The notes under the pieces: generated by a model
Database searches by the model: none
What the model saw: only the letters and a program-made list of their open reading frames with translations
Told to the model about the DNA's origin: nothing
Translations under genes and position numbers: made by a program
Assembly (NCBI GenBank): GCA_951406725.2
Contig: OX597836.1
Coordinates: forward strand, 29,698,001 to 29,762,000
DNA: 64,000 nt
Direction: 5' to 3'
Origin: Octopus vulgaris
Lineage: Eukaryota
In this document: one piece after another, positions 52,754-64,000 of the stretch
Position numbering within the stretch: the first letter of the stretch is position 1
How the letters are laid out: every line of letters begins with the position of its first letter

Positions 52754-52966
52754 GGGGTCGATGGTATCGACTTAACCTTCTCCTCAAAATTTCTAGTATT
52801 GTGCCTAGATCAGAAGCGATTACCTTGTGCAATCATCAGGTGCAGCTATTGATCAGTTAAAAAGCGTGTGAATTTCTGTTGTTTGTGAGCTTTAAAAAAC
52901 ACAAAAACATTGAATTTATAAAAACTTTATTGGGATAACCACAAGTAGGCTTTCGAAAGCGTACCT

Positions 52967-53377
52967 GGATCTTTTCGGTTTGAACGGCAGTTTTTTAAAA
53001 TAATTTCCACGTAACTAAACACTTTTAAACTTCGTATACTGGTAGAATGTGTTTATAAAACATCTTTTTCTTTTGGCTTTATTGAGAAAATTCTATAGTT
53101 TGTAACATATTTGTTGTTATTTTTCTTCAATTTCTGCAATTTCAACCAATCAATGACGTCTATTGAGGTGAAAACATTCTGTGCCGTATGAATATGTCCA
53201 TCGTTTAAGAAACAGTTTGGGTTTATTTACATTTCTGAAGAAAAAAAAGATACCCTTCCCCCACCCCTAACCCTAAAACAGACTGAAATGCAATAGATCG
53301 ATACTAGGGTCATAATTATGGGTGACAATTTCATATGACACCGCTAGAAAAAACTGCCGTTCAAACCGAAAAGATCC
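52967..53377. mobile_element. GGATC-TIR MITE
   Basis: TSD gcgtacct; near-identical to 41547-41956. Confidence 0.92.
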
Positions 53378-54464
53378 GCGTACCTTTGCAAAGGTGCATT
53401 TAAAAAAAATGCATTATTTAAAAGGTTACGATAAAACAAAACCGGTGGAGCACTAAACTGCAGTTATGCTTCGTTGGCGTCCGCGTGTGTGCGTGCACGC
53501 GTGTGTGAAACAGAACTCTATACATGTCCATCTAAGTGTATGCGTACGAAAATGCGTTTAAGTTTGAATGTAAGTATGCGTGTGTGTAATATATACGTAA
53601 GTGTATGAGTCGTATATCTTTACAATGCCGAATACATATTATCAACGATTGTTTTACAAAAATGATTCACGGTGCGGAGAAATGGTGTAAGAGAAGGAAG
53701 CAATTCTGTTCCGGTTTACGTAGAAACCCCCGACATCCTAATTTTTCGTCACATCTTCCTCCCACTTACTCTCTTTTCACGCATCTCCTTCACTTTTTAC
53801 ATCCTTATTCTCTCCATTGTCACTCCTAAAATAGACGGATTCAGAGTGGAAAATCACTTCATCGACTGTTATTACAAAAAATGACGTCACTGTTACTGTT
53901 ATTGATGCTATTGATGCTGCTGCTGCTGTTGTTGTTGTTGTTATTGTTGTTAGTGCTGTTGTTAATGTTGCCGCTACTGCTGTTGCTGTGTAGCCCTAGG
54001 CCAGCCCTAATTGAGCAGACTTATTTGAGCAGCATATTTTCTCCTATTCTGGACTCATAAGATCAGAAGACATTGAGATTCAAAACAACAAGCATAAGAG
54101 AAACGTCTTTTTTTAAAAAAAAAAATATAAACAATACTTCGAGATTGTCTAATTAAATCAATATTATCTTAATGGTAAGTTATAGTTGTGCTTTCTTTCG
54201 TGTATCTTGCTCTCTTTTCAACTAAATCATACGATCATCATTGCTGTCAACTTTCTTTTAAGTGCCACAATTTTATCCTGAGTATTGATCCAGTGCCATC
54301 TTAAGGCATGGAGACTCACTGGTCTTGGGTCTCGATTCAGATCTTTGGTTTAATTTCCCCTTTTTATTAGGCTATGAGGCTGTAATGTGTCCCAGCAGAA
54401 ACGTCTACTGGTGCACAACCTATCGGCCAGAAAACCTTGGGTGCAACTATAAGCACAAAATATT

Positions 54465-54959
54465 GGATCTTTTCCTTTTGAACGGCACTTTGTAACATAA
54501 TTTCTAGGTAACTAAAAAGTTTTAAACTTCGTATACTGGTAGAATGTGTTTATAAAACATCATTTTCTCTTGGTTTTATTGAGAAAATTCTATAGTTTGT
54601 AAGATATTTCGTCTGAAAATCCGAGCATTTCGGCAATTTTAACCAATCGATTACCTCCATTGAGCTAAACAATTAAATGAATTTAACAATTAAGAAAAAA
54701 AAAAAAGGGTTAGGGTGAGGTTTAGGCTTAGTGACAGGATGTTGTCTCAGTTTTAGACGCAGCAAATGATTTTAGCTCAATTAGAGGCGATTCATTGGTT
54801 AAAATTCGAAAAATTAAACTACGTTAAACAAACGAATTACAATTTTATCAAGAAAGCCAAGAGAAAAAAATGTTTTATTTTGACACATTTTACCAATATA
54901 CGAAGTTTTAAAGTCTTTAGTTAACTAGAAATTGTGTGCCGTTCAAAAGGAAAAGATCC
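54465..54959. mobile_element. Long-TIR (foldback) relative of the GGATC MITE with a TTAGGG-like centre
   Basis: TSD aaaatatt; the left-arm sequence is mirrored over more than 120 bp. Confidence 0.88.
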
Positions 54960-55668
54960 AAAATATTTTTTGGAACACCTGAGTAGAGGTAGTATGGTTC
55001 AATCTAAACAATATGAGATTAATTACAGAAGAATATACGTTACTATTCCCAATGTAAGAATGGTACTTGGTCAAGGAAAACCATCAACATTAAGGGGAAT
55101 GTATGTTGTGACATGTCAATAAATACATATGATTGGGCCCGCCCAAGGCATTGATTTTCCCGGGGGTGGGTGTGCTATAATGCTGTTAAAACAGACCTGT
55201 ATTGATTCATTAATTGCATTATTAGTATCTTAAATATCAAAATCACAAATTTTTAGCCGGATCATTTGTTTTCGGATGCATAGGAAATAACGAGATTCGT
55301 CTCTGAAGTCATGCTCAATCAATATAATGTCCAATCCAAAAGAACTGATATCTTTCCGTATGGTGTCAAACTGTGGTCTGTACTTGACGTCAGCTAAGTG
55401 AGAATGTTTTGCCTCAGGAGGAAATAGATCAAAGCATGCTCTTCTTCTAAGTTAAATTTCTTTGTAGGCTGAATCAGAACATTAAGTTTTTAGGTGTACG
55501 ATAAATTTTACAAAAGCTTATTTCTCAATAGAGTAAGAAACGCGAAATCTAGAAAAAAAAAAATCTTCATAAATTGTGTTGCTCGACAGAAGGACCACAA
55601 GTCTGTGACAGAGTTTCTTTGTAATGTTGGCTGGAATATTGGTTTTAGTCATCAGTATTAAAAATAAT

Positions 55669-56075
55669 GGCGATCTTTCGTCTCTAGTAGACCTTTCCGT
55701 CGATTTCCGTAAAAAAATTTTTTTTTTTACATATGGGCTTGCGGGAACTTTTGAAGTAATGAGAGCGAAAGAGACTAAGAGAAAGCGATTGTATGACGAG
55801 GGAGTTCTTTTGAAGTTACCGTGCATGGGAGCATTGATGTATATGTGTGTGTGTGTGTGTGTTTGATGGGGTGTGGGAGACAGACAGTATGTTGTGTAAG
55901 TGAAGTGTTTCTGTTAGTGTGTGTGAAGAGACAGAGTAATGTGTGAAAGAAAGAGATAACTGAAATTTTTTACTCGGTGTATGTGTATATGTATGTATAT
56001 TACTTCGAAAGTTCCCGCAAGCCCATATGTAAAAAAAAAAAAAAAATTTTTACGGAAATCGACGGTAAGATCGCC
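55669..56075. mobile_element. GGCGATC-TIR MITE, second copy
   Basis: TSD aaaataat; right TIR partly deleted. Confidence 0.88.
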
Positions 56076-57784
56076 AAAATAATGAATATACATGTCATCT
56101 CGATTTCAAATTTTGGCACAGGGTAGCAATTTCGGGAGAAAGTTGATTACATCGATACCAGTGTTCAACGTCACTTATTTTATCGATCTCTGCTAGGATG
56201 AAAGGCAAACTCGATCTCGGCTAAATTTGAACTCAGACGGACGAAATACCGCTTAGCATTTTGCCCTGCGTGTTTAACCAGCTCGCCGCCTTAAATATAC
56301 ATGTAATATCATAATTACTATATGTAGGGTGTTTTCAATCAGCAAGGGAAAATGTTCACGGAAAAAGTGAGCATAAACTACCCAGCAGAAAGCTGTTGGT
56401 TACCCACTTCAAAAAGTTTGTACAGCTATAAGCACACCTTCATAAGTTGCGTGTTGTTCGACGTTAGTACCACAAAACTGGCTGAGTTTCTTTGAGGTGT
56501 CTGTCATTAATACTAAATATACATATAATGCCACGATACATTGTAAGGTGTTTGAAGCTGTACATGTCATATATTGTTAACAAATAACTGACTTAAATTT
56601 TTTGTTTCAATGTCTTACGCTTTAGTAATTGAATGAAAGAGTTTTTTTTTTCCCCACACGTGTGTAATGCCATCATATATAAATTGTGTACGGGTCATGT
56701 TCTGTCAGCTAAAAACTAATTTAAAACCATTTTTTAAATATTACATTAATTGTATATAGTATTTAAATAAAACATGACTTTTTAAGTGATATTTTTTTTT
56801 TCTCGCTAAAATTGTGAAATTTTTCATTGATTTTATTTCCGAATATCCAAACACGTTTTTTTCTGCTGTGACCCATTGTTGCACCTCAAACTCTATTTCT
56901 AGTGTATTTGAGCCAATTCTTCCAAGTATGTATCATTGTAGCTCGCAAATGTGGTGATGTCGAATGCTGAGGATGGTGGGATCGGTTGTCATCATTCTAA
57001 GACGTTTTACGTCATTATAATGGTTTCAAAATTCAGCAAAAGGCTAGTAATTTTAAGGAAGTGGCTAAGTAGATTACATCAAATGGCACTTATTTTATCA
57101 ACTCCGAAAGGATGAAAGGTAAAGTCAACCTCAAGCGGATTTTGAACGCAAAACTCAAGAGCCGAAGGAAATGCTTGTAACCATTTTGTTCAACTCTACC
57201 GGCTCGCCGCCTTCGTTATCATTGTAATGTATACTTATTCAACTTTTAATAATGTAGTCTCGATGAATTTGAAATGTATCTTTTAGTGTAAGACAGATAA
57301 ATGATTGCTTTCGTTGTTTCATAATCTGGTTGTTAAACCAACGGAAGATAGAATCGACATTGTGTCTCACAACAGTTGGAATTAACTCAATTCATAGCAC
57401 CCTGTACAGTATTATCACTTTGACAGCAGACGGAAACTATGTTGATAAAAGTCTTGTTGGATCGGGCGCCATCATCGTTGTCGTCGTTGTTCTAACGTTC
57501 ACTTTTCCATACTTGCATGGATAGGTCAGAATTTGTTGAGGTGGATTTTCTATGGCCAGATACCTTTCGTGATGTCTGCCCTCACTTGTTTCCAAACAAA
57601 ATAGTACTTCTCCGTGGCCAGACATGTCTTAAAAGATTGGAAACGAAGGACACCGCTTGCATGACAGTGACTTTCAGTTTGATTAATTTTGAAAATAACA
57701 AAGAATTTAGTAGAATAATTTTGGTCATTATTAAACTGGTTTTTGAAACATGAATTAACATGAAATTTTAACGAAAGGTTTAAG

Positions 57785-58042
57785 TTTGGATCATTTTAAA
57801 ACAGTAAGTTTTGTCACATAGAAGCAGGGACAGTTTTAGGATCATTTTAAAACAGTAAGTTTTGTATCATAGAAGCAGGGACAGTTTGTGCCATAGAAGC
57901 AGGGACAGTTTTGGGATAATTTTAAAACAGTAAGTTTTGTGTCATAGATGCAGGGACAGTTTGTATCATAGAAGCAGGGACAGTTCTGGGATCATTTTAA
58001 AACAGTAAGTTTTGTGGTCATAGAAGCAGGGACAGTTTTGGG
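57785..58042. repeat. ~50/23-bp tandem duplications inside a piggyBac-like MITE remnant (~57680-58063)
   Basis: gatcattttaaaacagtaagttttg and catagaagcagggacagttt repeated. Confidence 0.75.
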
Positions 58043-59057
58043 TGAGTTGGTATCAAGAGTTAATATCAGTTTTTGATAGAAATGTTCTTCTCCTTCTAAC
58101 CACTTCCACCTCCTGCTTCTTGTTATCAACACAAAAGATATTTAAGGAATGTAAACGAGTAAAGACGGTAAAGTACTTAAATAATATGAACAGGAAGGTT
58201 TCTGTGTTTGAATTGCGGAAATGTCTACTTAATGAATGATGCATGTTATTTGGCAAAAAGCTCTTTTTCTTTCTTTTCCTTTCTTTTATTGTGGGTCAGT
58301 CAGGGCCTCTGAAACTTATGTGAGAAAGCTATCTTCCAATCAGAGGCCTGACTTGAAACTCTGGCCATAGGGAAATATTACTTTACATGGAAACAGGTGA
58401 GGGTTGGTGACAGGAAGGGCATCCAGCTGTAGAAAATCTACCTCGATAATCTCGATCCAGAAGGACAAATGGCAGAGTTGACCTTTATGGAATTTCAGTT
58501 CAGTTAAATAGTGCAAGACATTTTGTCTAACATTCTAATCATCATCATCATCGTCATCATCATCATCCCAACCACCACATTCACTACCACCAACACCAAC
58601 ACCATCACCATCACTACCACCACCACCACCAACACCATCACCACCACCACCACCATCATCATTTAACATCTGCTTTCCACACTGATATGGGGTGGATAGT
58701 TTGACATGGAACTGAAGAGCTGCAAGGCTGTATCAAGTTCCAGCATCTTTTTTGGCATGGTTTCTATGGCTGGATAGCCTTCCTAATGCCATCCACTTTA
58801 TAGAATGTAGTGGGTGCTTTCTATGTGCTACCAGCACTTGTGAGATTGCCATGAAACTTGCAGCACATAAAAGAACAGGAAGGGAAAAAAGCTCCCACTA
58901 CTAAGGGGAGAGGTTTGGAGGTGGGAGGCTTTTTGCCAGGTGTTGAAAGGCTAACCTATGATAAAAAATAAGGACAGGTGTGTTGCTTTAGAGGGGATAG
59001 ATAGCTTGTGAATTATATAATAAAACAAATGCAATTTGTATTTTTTTTGCAGTATTG

Positions 59058-59226
59058 ATGCAGACGTGGCTGTGTAGTAAAAAAGTTTGCTTCCCAACCA
59101 CATGGTTCCAGGTTCAGTCCCACTGCATGGCACTTTGAGCTTGTGTCTTCTACTATAGCCTTGGGTTGATCAAGGCCTCGTGAGTGGATTTGGTAGACAG
59201 AAACTGAAACAAGCCCATCATATAAG

Positions 59227-59257
<31 letters not shown>

Positions 59258-59442
59258 TGGTGTATTTACATCCCTGTAACATAGCAGTTCAGCAAACAGA
59301 GAATGATTGAATAAGTACCAGGCTTAACATAAATAAAAAATAAGTACTGGGATTGATTCATTCGACTAAAAATTTTTCAAGGCAGTGCCCCAGCATGGTC
59401 GCAGTGTAATGACTGAAACAAGTAAAAGATAAAGGATAAAAG
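59058..59442 (+). mobile_element. SINE family A variant
   Basis: Head and tail match. Confidence 0.75.
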
Positions 59443-59731
59443 ATGTGTTTTGTGTATACATTATTTACTGTGTGGAGGTGCATAGCTTAGTGGTTAGGGT
59501 GTTGAACTCATGATCGTAAGGTTGTGGTTTTGATTCCTGGACCAGGCAATGCGTTGTGTTCTTGAGCAAAAGACTTCCTTTTCATGTTGCTCCAGTCCAC
59601 TCAGCTGGCAAAAATGAGTAATCCTACAACGGACCAGTGTCCCGTGCATGTGGGGAATTTCTATGCCACTGAAACGAGGAAACTGGCCCTTATGAGCCTG
59701 GCATGGCTCGAGAAGGAACATTCTTATTTTT

Positions 59732-60099
59732 GTGGCTGTGTGGTAAGTAGCTTGCTTACCAACCACATGGTTCCGGGTTTAGTCCCACTGCATGGCACCT
59801 TGGGCAAGTGTCTTCTACTATAGCCTCGGGCCGACCAAAGCCTTGTGAGTGGGTTTGATAGACGGAAACTGAAAGAAGCCCGTTGTATATATATGTGTGT
59901 CTGTGTTTGTGTCACCCCCCAACATCTCTTGACAACTGATGCTGGTGTGTTTATGACCCCGTAACTTAGCAGTTAGGCAAAAGAGACCGATAGAATAAGT
60001 ACTAGGCTTACACAGAATAAGTCATGGGGTCGATTTGCTCGACTAAAGGCAGTGCTCCAGCATGGCCGCAGTCAAATGACTGAAACAAGTAAGAGAGTA
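59732..60099 (+). mobile_element. SINE family A
   Basis: Head-to-tail match. Confidence 0.8.
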
Positions 60100-61250
60100 G
60101 TTATTCAAATACAGTATGTTTTGTGTAACCCAACAAAACTTTTCGTACCTAAAAACCAGTAATATACTTTGTCTCTCCTCTTAACTAAATTTTACATTTT
60201 TTTGTATTTAAGTACGTTTTTCTCTCCTTCCCGCTTTTAACCTTCGTTTTTTTACATTGAACTTCTCACATTAAACACAAGTAAATACAGCACTGATGTT
60301 CCACCCAGTGCAAGTAAATTTGTTTTATCGGCATATATCACCGTGTCAATCATTTTACTTACCCCCCTGTGAGGTTTTTCAATTACCTCTGATACTATTC
60401 AGTTACGCAAGCTGAGCCACATATCTATGTCCACCTAATGACTTACGTAAACATTTCAAATTACTCAATGACATTTTAGGTTTATGTAGGTCAGGTTAAT
60501 AAGGATTTAATTAGGTCAATTTCAATTGAAATTGGTTCATAGCATTCATTCGCTGCTTCTTTCTGACCCATCTTTTTAACGAATTTTATCTGCTCTGAAA
60601 GTTATAGACACAGGTGTGGCTTTGTGGTAAGAAGTTTGCTCTCCCAGCTATTTGGTGGTTCCCGGTTCAGTCGCATTGTGCTGCACCTTGGCCAAGTGTC
60701 TTCTATTATAGCCCTGGGCCAGTGGACTTGGTAAATGGAATCTAAAAGTAGACCAAAGAGAAGACAAAACATGAGGAACAAAAGGTCATTGAAGAGGTTG
60801 CAGGATGTGTGATGAAAGAACTCTGGACAAATAAACTGATAATAATGATAAAGCTAAAGCTAAGATCAAATAAATACTTTATTAGCAAAAAAAAAATTTT
60901 TTTAAATGACTATTCCTAAATATTTTATCTGTTTTGAAGCACAAATTCACATCAAGAATCTTACAACACAAATACATAAACCTAAAATATAGACATATAT
61001 ACATGTATACATACATACATACATATATACATACATACATATATATATACACACACACACACACACATATATATACAGAGAGAGAGAGAGATAGAGAAAG
61101 AGAGGGTAGTAATGTAGATAAATACAATTAGGCTTGACATATATATATATATATATATATATACACTCACACACACACACACACGCACACACATACACAT
61201 ATACTCACCCACAAGTATCTACTTATGTTCAGGATAAGAACACACACATA

Positions 61251-62107
61251 CAGGGTATGGTGAATGTATTGTCTAAATTACACGAAAATGAAAATAACAA
61301 TGACATATGATTTTAAAATATCTTGAAATACTAAAGAGTAAATATATTCAATAAAATCGTCATTGGCTTCAACCATGGCCTCCAGACGACTTCAGAATCT
61401 CTTGCAGCTCTTCTGGACAGTCTCCTTGTTTAAGTTGGTGAATGCTGCCATAATTCTTGCCTTCAGTTCATCTTTGTTGTTACGAGGAGTTTTGTTGGTC
61501 TCTCGCTCAACTGCATCCCACACATAACAATTAAGGGGGTTGCAGTCTGGGGAGTTAGGTGGCCAGATGTTAGGGGGTGATGTGGTCGAAGAAATTGTCT
61601 GACAGCCATGACTGGGTTCTCCTGCTTGTGTGGCATGGTGCAGAGTCCTGTTGCTAGATATAAGGTCTTCTAGCAGCTATCCCCTTGACCCAGGTCAACA
61701 CTACCTCCTCCAGGCACTTGATGTAGACCCCTGTGTTGAGTGTGAGGCCATGTGAGAAGATGAATGGAGGCATAACGTTGCCATCACAAGTGATCACTCC
61801 AAACACCATGATGTTGACTGGATGTTTGATTTTTATCACTCTTGGTGCATGTTCTCAGATTGCACTGTCCACAGATTGACACTCAAACACTCTGAAATGT
61901 TCGTATTGGAGCTTCATGCACAAATGCTAAGCAGTACAGCATGTTGTTTCCAAATTTCTGGCAGAGTGAATTGCGTGATGGTGCTGTTTGTCTCTCAGAT
62001 GGTCTCCAACTGACCCTACTATACTGTGTAGGTGACAAAATTAAAAGTAAACAATGAGCATGCATGAAATTTAAAATATAGAATAGTGACAATTACCCAT
62101 TACACTG
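61251..62107 (-). mobile_element. Defective Tc1/mariner DD37D (maT-type) transposon
   Basis: TA-flanked degenerate TIRs (cagggt.. / ..acactg). Minus-strand KHPVNIMVFGVITCDG..PYI*QQDSAPCH..WPPNSPDCNPLN has 37 residues between the 2nd D and the 3rd catalytic position (here N); it carries a stop, a +1 frameshift at ~61573 and an internal deletion. Confidence 0.85.
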
Positions 62108-62412
62108 TAAGTCGAACCAGGGGCAGCTGATGAAGGGGAATATTCCTTGTATTGTTTGTCTTATACTCTGTTTTTTCGTTGTTAAAAAAAAGTCCGTTTC
62201 CTTGTTTGTTTTTATGTTTTCATTTCTCGTTGTGTTCTACGTTTATTTGTGGTGTCCTGTACTCTTATATATATATATATATGCATGTATATATACATAT
62301 AGATGTAGGTATGTACATATATGTATGTATGAATGCATATGTTTTATTTGTTAAATTGTTATTATATGATTGAACGCCTCGCGTCACTTTCTTATTTCTC
62401 CAAGTAAGTTTT

Positions 62413-62462
<50 letters not shown>

Positions 62463-62816
62463 AATGGCTTGGTTTTTCTATCAAATGTGTGTTACTCTCA
62501 CCAAAATTTTGAAAATTAAAATTAAGAAATTGTTCTGAGTCACTTTTATGTACTAGTACCAACAGGACCCCTACACTTGAGACAGTTGTCATTTTTCTCA
62601 AAGAGGAACTCAAGTTTTCTACCTTGATGGAAGTCAGGTGTACTGTGAAGTTTCATTCAGAATAAACCCAATAATTTTGGTTCATCATGATGAAATTGAA
62701 GAAATGCTTAAGCCTCATTTTGCAAGAGTTGGAAAATCTGATGGATGGACTGATATGTTACCAAAATCATCATTTTTTCAGGGCAGTTTAGGGGTAAACT
62801 TGTTTGATGAAATTAA

Positions 62817-63514
62817 CCATTTTACTGCAGAAATCAGATATATCCTATCAAAATTTCATTACCCTTAACTGCAGAAAGCAGTTTTATTCATCAATCTATC
62901 TTTTGTTGAGGAATGTCATGCTTGAAACTAAATTCTGTTGAGTTGTGTCAAGTTAATTGAGGTAACACAACTTGCAGAAAATACCAATTTTATTTTTTGG
63001 TAGGTATTTAACATCATTACTGGAATAACCGAGAAATTTAATTTCACAACGAACAGGTTAAAGGTCCTTAACCTGTGATCAAATACATTCCAACCATGAC
63101 TATCATACTTTTTTCCAGACACACAGAATGTGTTCGCCCGCATAGCTCAGTCGGTAGAGCATCAGACTTTTAATGGCAGTGCCCCAGCATGGCCACAGCT
63201 CGTGAGCTGAAACTAGATAAAATAAAAAAAAAAAAAAATTCAGGACCACATTATCCAATGTCTCCTATTAACCCCTTTACAGCTGAAAACAGATATATCC
63301 ACTCAAAAATTCATTACCCTTAACTGCAGAAAGCAGTTTTATATCCCAATCTATCTTTTGTTGAAAAATGTCATGTTTGAAACAAAATTTTTTGCTGCGA
63401 TATGTCATGGTTATTGAGGCAAGGGAACTTGCAGAAAATACCAATTCTATTTTTTGGAAGATATTTGACATCATTTACTGGAATAACCCTGAAATTTAAT
63501 TTTACTGTTGAAGG
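62817..63514. mobile_element. Two diverged direct copies of a ~245-bp TTAA-flanked MITE (62817-63057 and 63272-63514)
   Basis: Shared cagatatatcc..cattacccttaactgcagaaagcagtttt..cttgcagaaaataccaatt; ttaaccc..gggttaa-type ends. Confidence 0.7.
63136..63174 (+). pseudogene. tRNA-Lys(TTT) 5' half (positions 1-39)
   Basis: GCCCGCATAGCTCAGTCGGTAGAGCATCAGACTTTTAAT differs at one position from the canonical metazoan tRNA-Lys-UUU 5' half as I recall it. The 3' half is absent. Confidence 0.9.
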
Positions 63515-63839
63515 GTTAAAAAGTATGAATCTGATATGTCATCATATAAAAAGGGTTCCTGATTATTATGGTGACACTGACTGTAACAATAAAAATTAAA
63601 GTAAAAATAGCAGCAAATATATTAAATGTTAATCTTTAATTTACTGTTTCCTCCTTATAAATACTACACGTTTTTACGGATTAGTCAGAAGAAGGAAGGC
63701 AGCACCAATGAGCATTTCAGGGCCTCTATGACTGATGGGGAGAGGGAATTATCTATGTGGCCTAAATACTTACAACAGAATGGATTCCAAGGGTCATTTT
63801 GATGCTGTTAAATTGGGCAATGGGTTAAGTCTAGTTCCT

Positions 63840-64000
63840 ATACTCTTTTACTCTTTTATTTGTTTCAGTCATTTGACTGCGGCCATGCTTGAGCACCGCC
63901 TTTAGTCGAGCAAATCGACCCCGGGACTTATTCTTTGTAAGCCCAGTACTTATTCTATCGGGCTCTTTTGCCGAACCGCTAAGTGACGAGGACGTAAACA
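63840..64000 (-). mobile_element. SINE family A tail, cut by the window edge
   Basis: ttgtttcagtcatttgactgcggccatgc match. Confidence 0.8.

Noticed and set aside
54130-54990. Spliced Cys-containing peptide (donor 54175, acceptor 54370, YEAVMCPSRNVYWC..)
   Set aside because: The upstream frame has a stop with no start or acceptor, and the putative exon is interrupted by a MITE.
62120-62160. CTGATGA hammerhead core
   Set aside because: No GAAA after the stem, so the motif is incomplete.
63136-63210. Functional or intron-containing tRNA-Lys gene
   Set aside because: No 3' anticodon stem, T-arm/B box or acceptor 3' strand downstream.

Overview
AT-rich, microsatellite- and repeat-dense eukaryotic DNA. 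The SINE families point to an octopus/cephalopod genome (inference). The only clear host gene is the 3' part of HYPK on the + strand: exon 253-360, an ~11.9-kb phase-0 intron, and a last coding exon 12307-12402 with a nearby AATAAA. The rest is a layered mobile-element landscape: several tRNA-derived SINE families, RTE/CR1 and probable R4-Dong LINE remnants, a DD37D (maT) transposase relic, Helitron/Helentron elements, hAT- and piggyBac-like MITEs, and GG-terminated MITEs with 8-bp TSDs. There is also a 93-bp minisatellite. The most unusual items are: (1) a tRNA-Lys 5'-half fused at the anticodon loop to a retroposon 3' tail with a covarying stem-loop; (2) SINE multimers with the same junction at five loci; (3) a tandem pair of minimal hammerhead-ribozyme motifs; (4) a 184-nt near-perfect foldback; (5) an old inverted duplication spanning ~50-56.8 kb; (6) an 89-bp target-site-like duplication. 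Almost all ORFs in the supplied track are repeat or microsatellite artefacts. Repeat boundaries without TSDs are approximate, and family names were assigned by eye without database searches.
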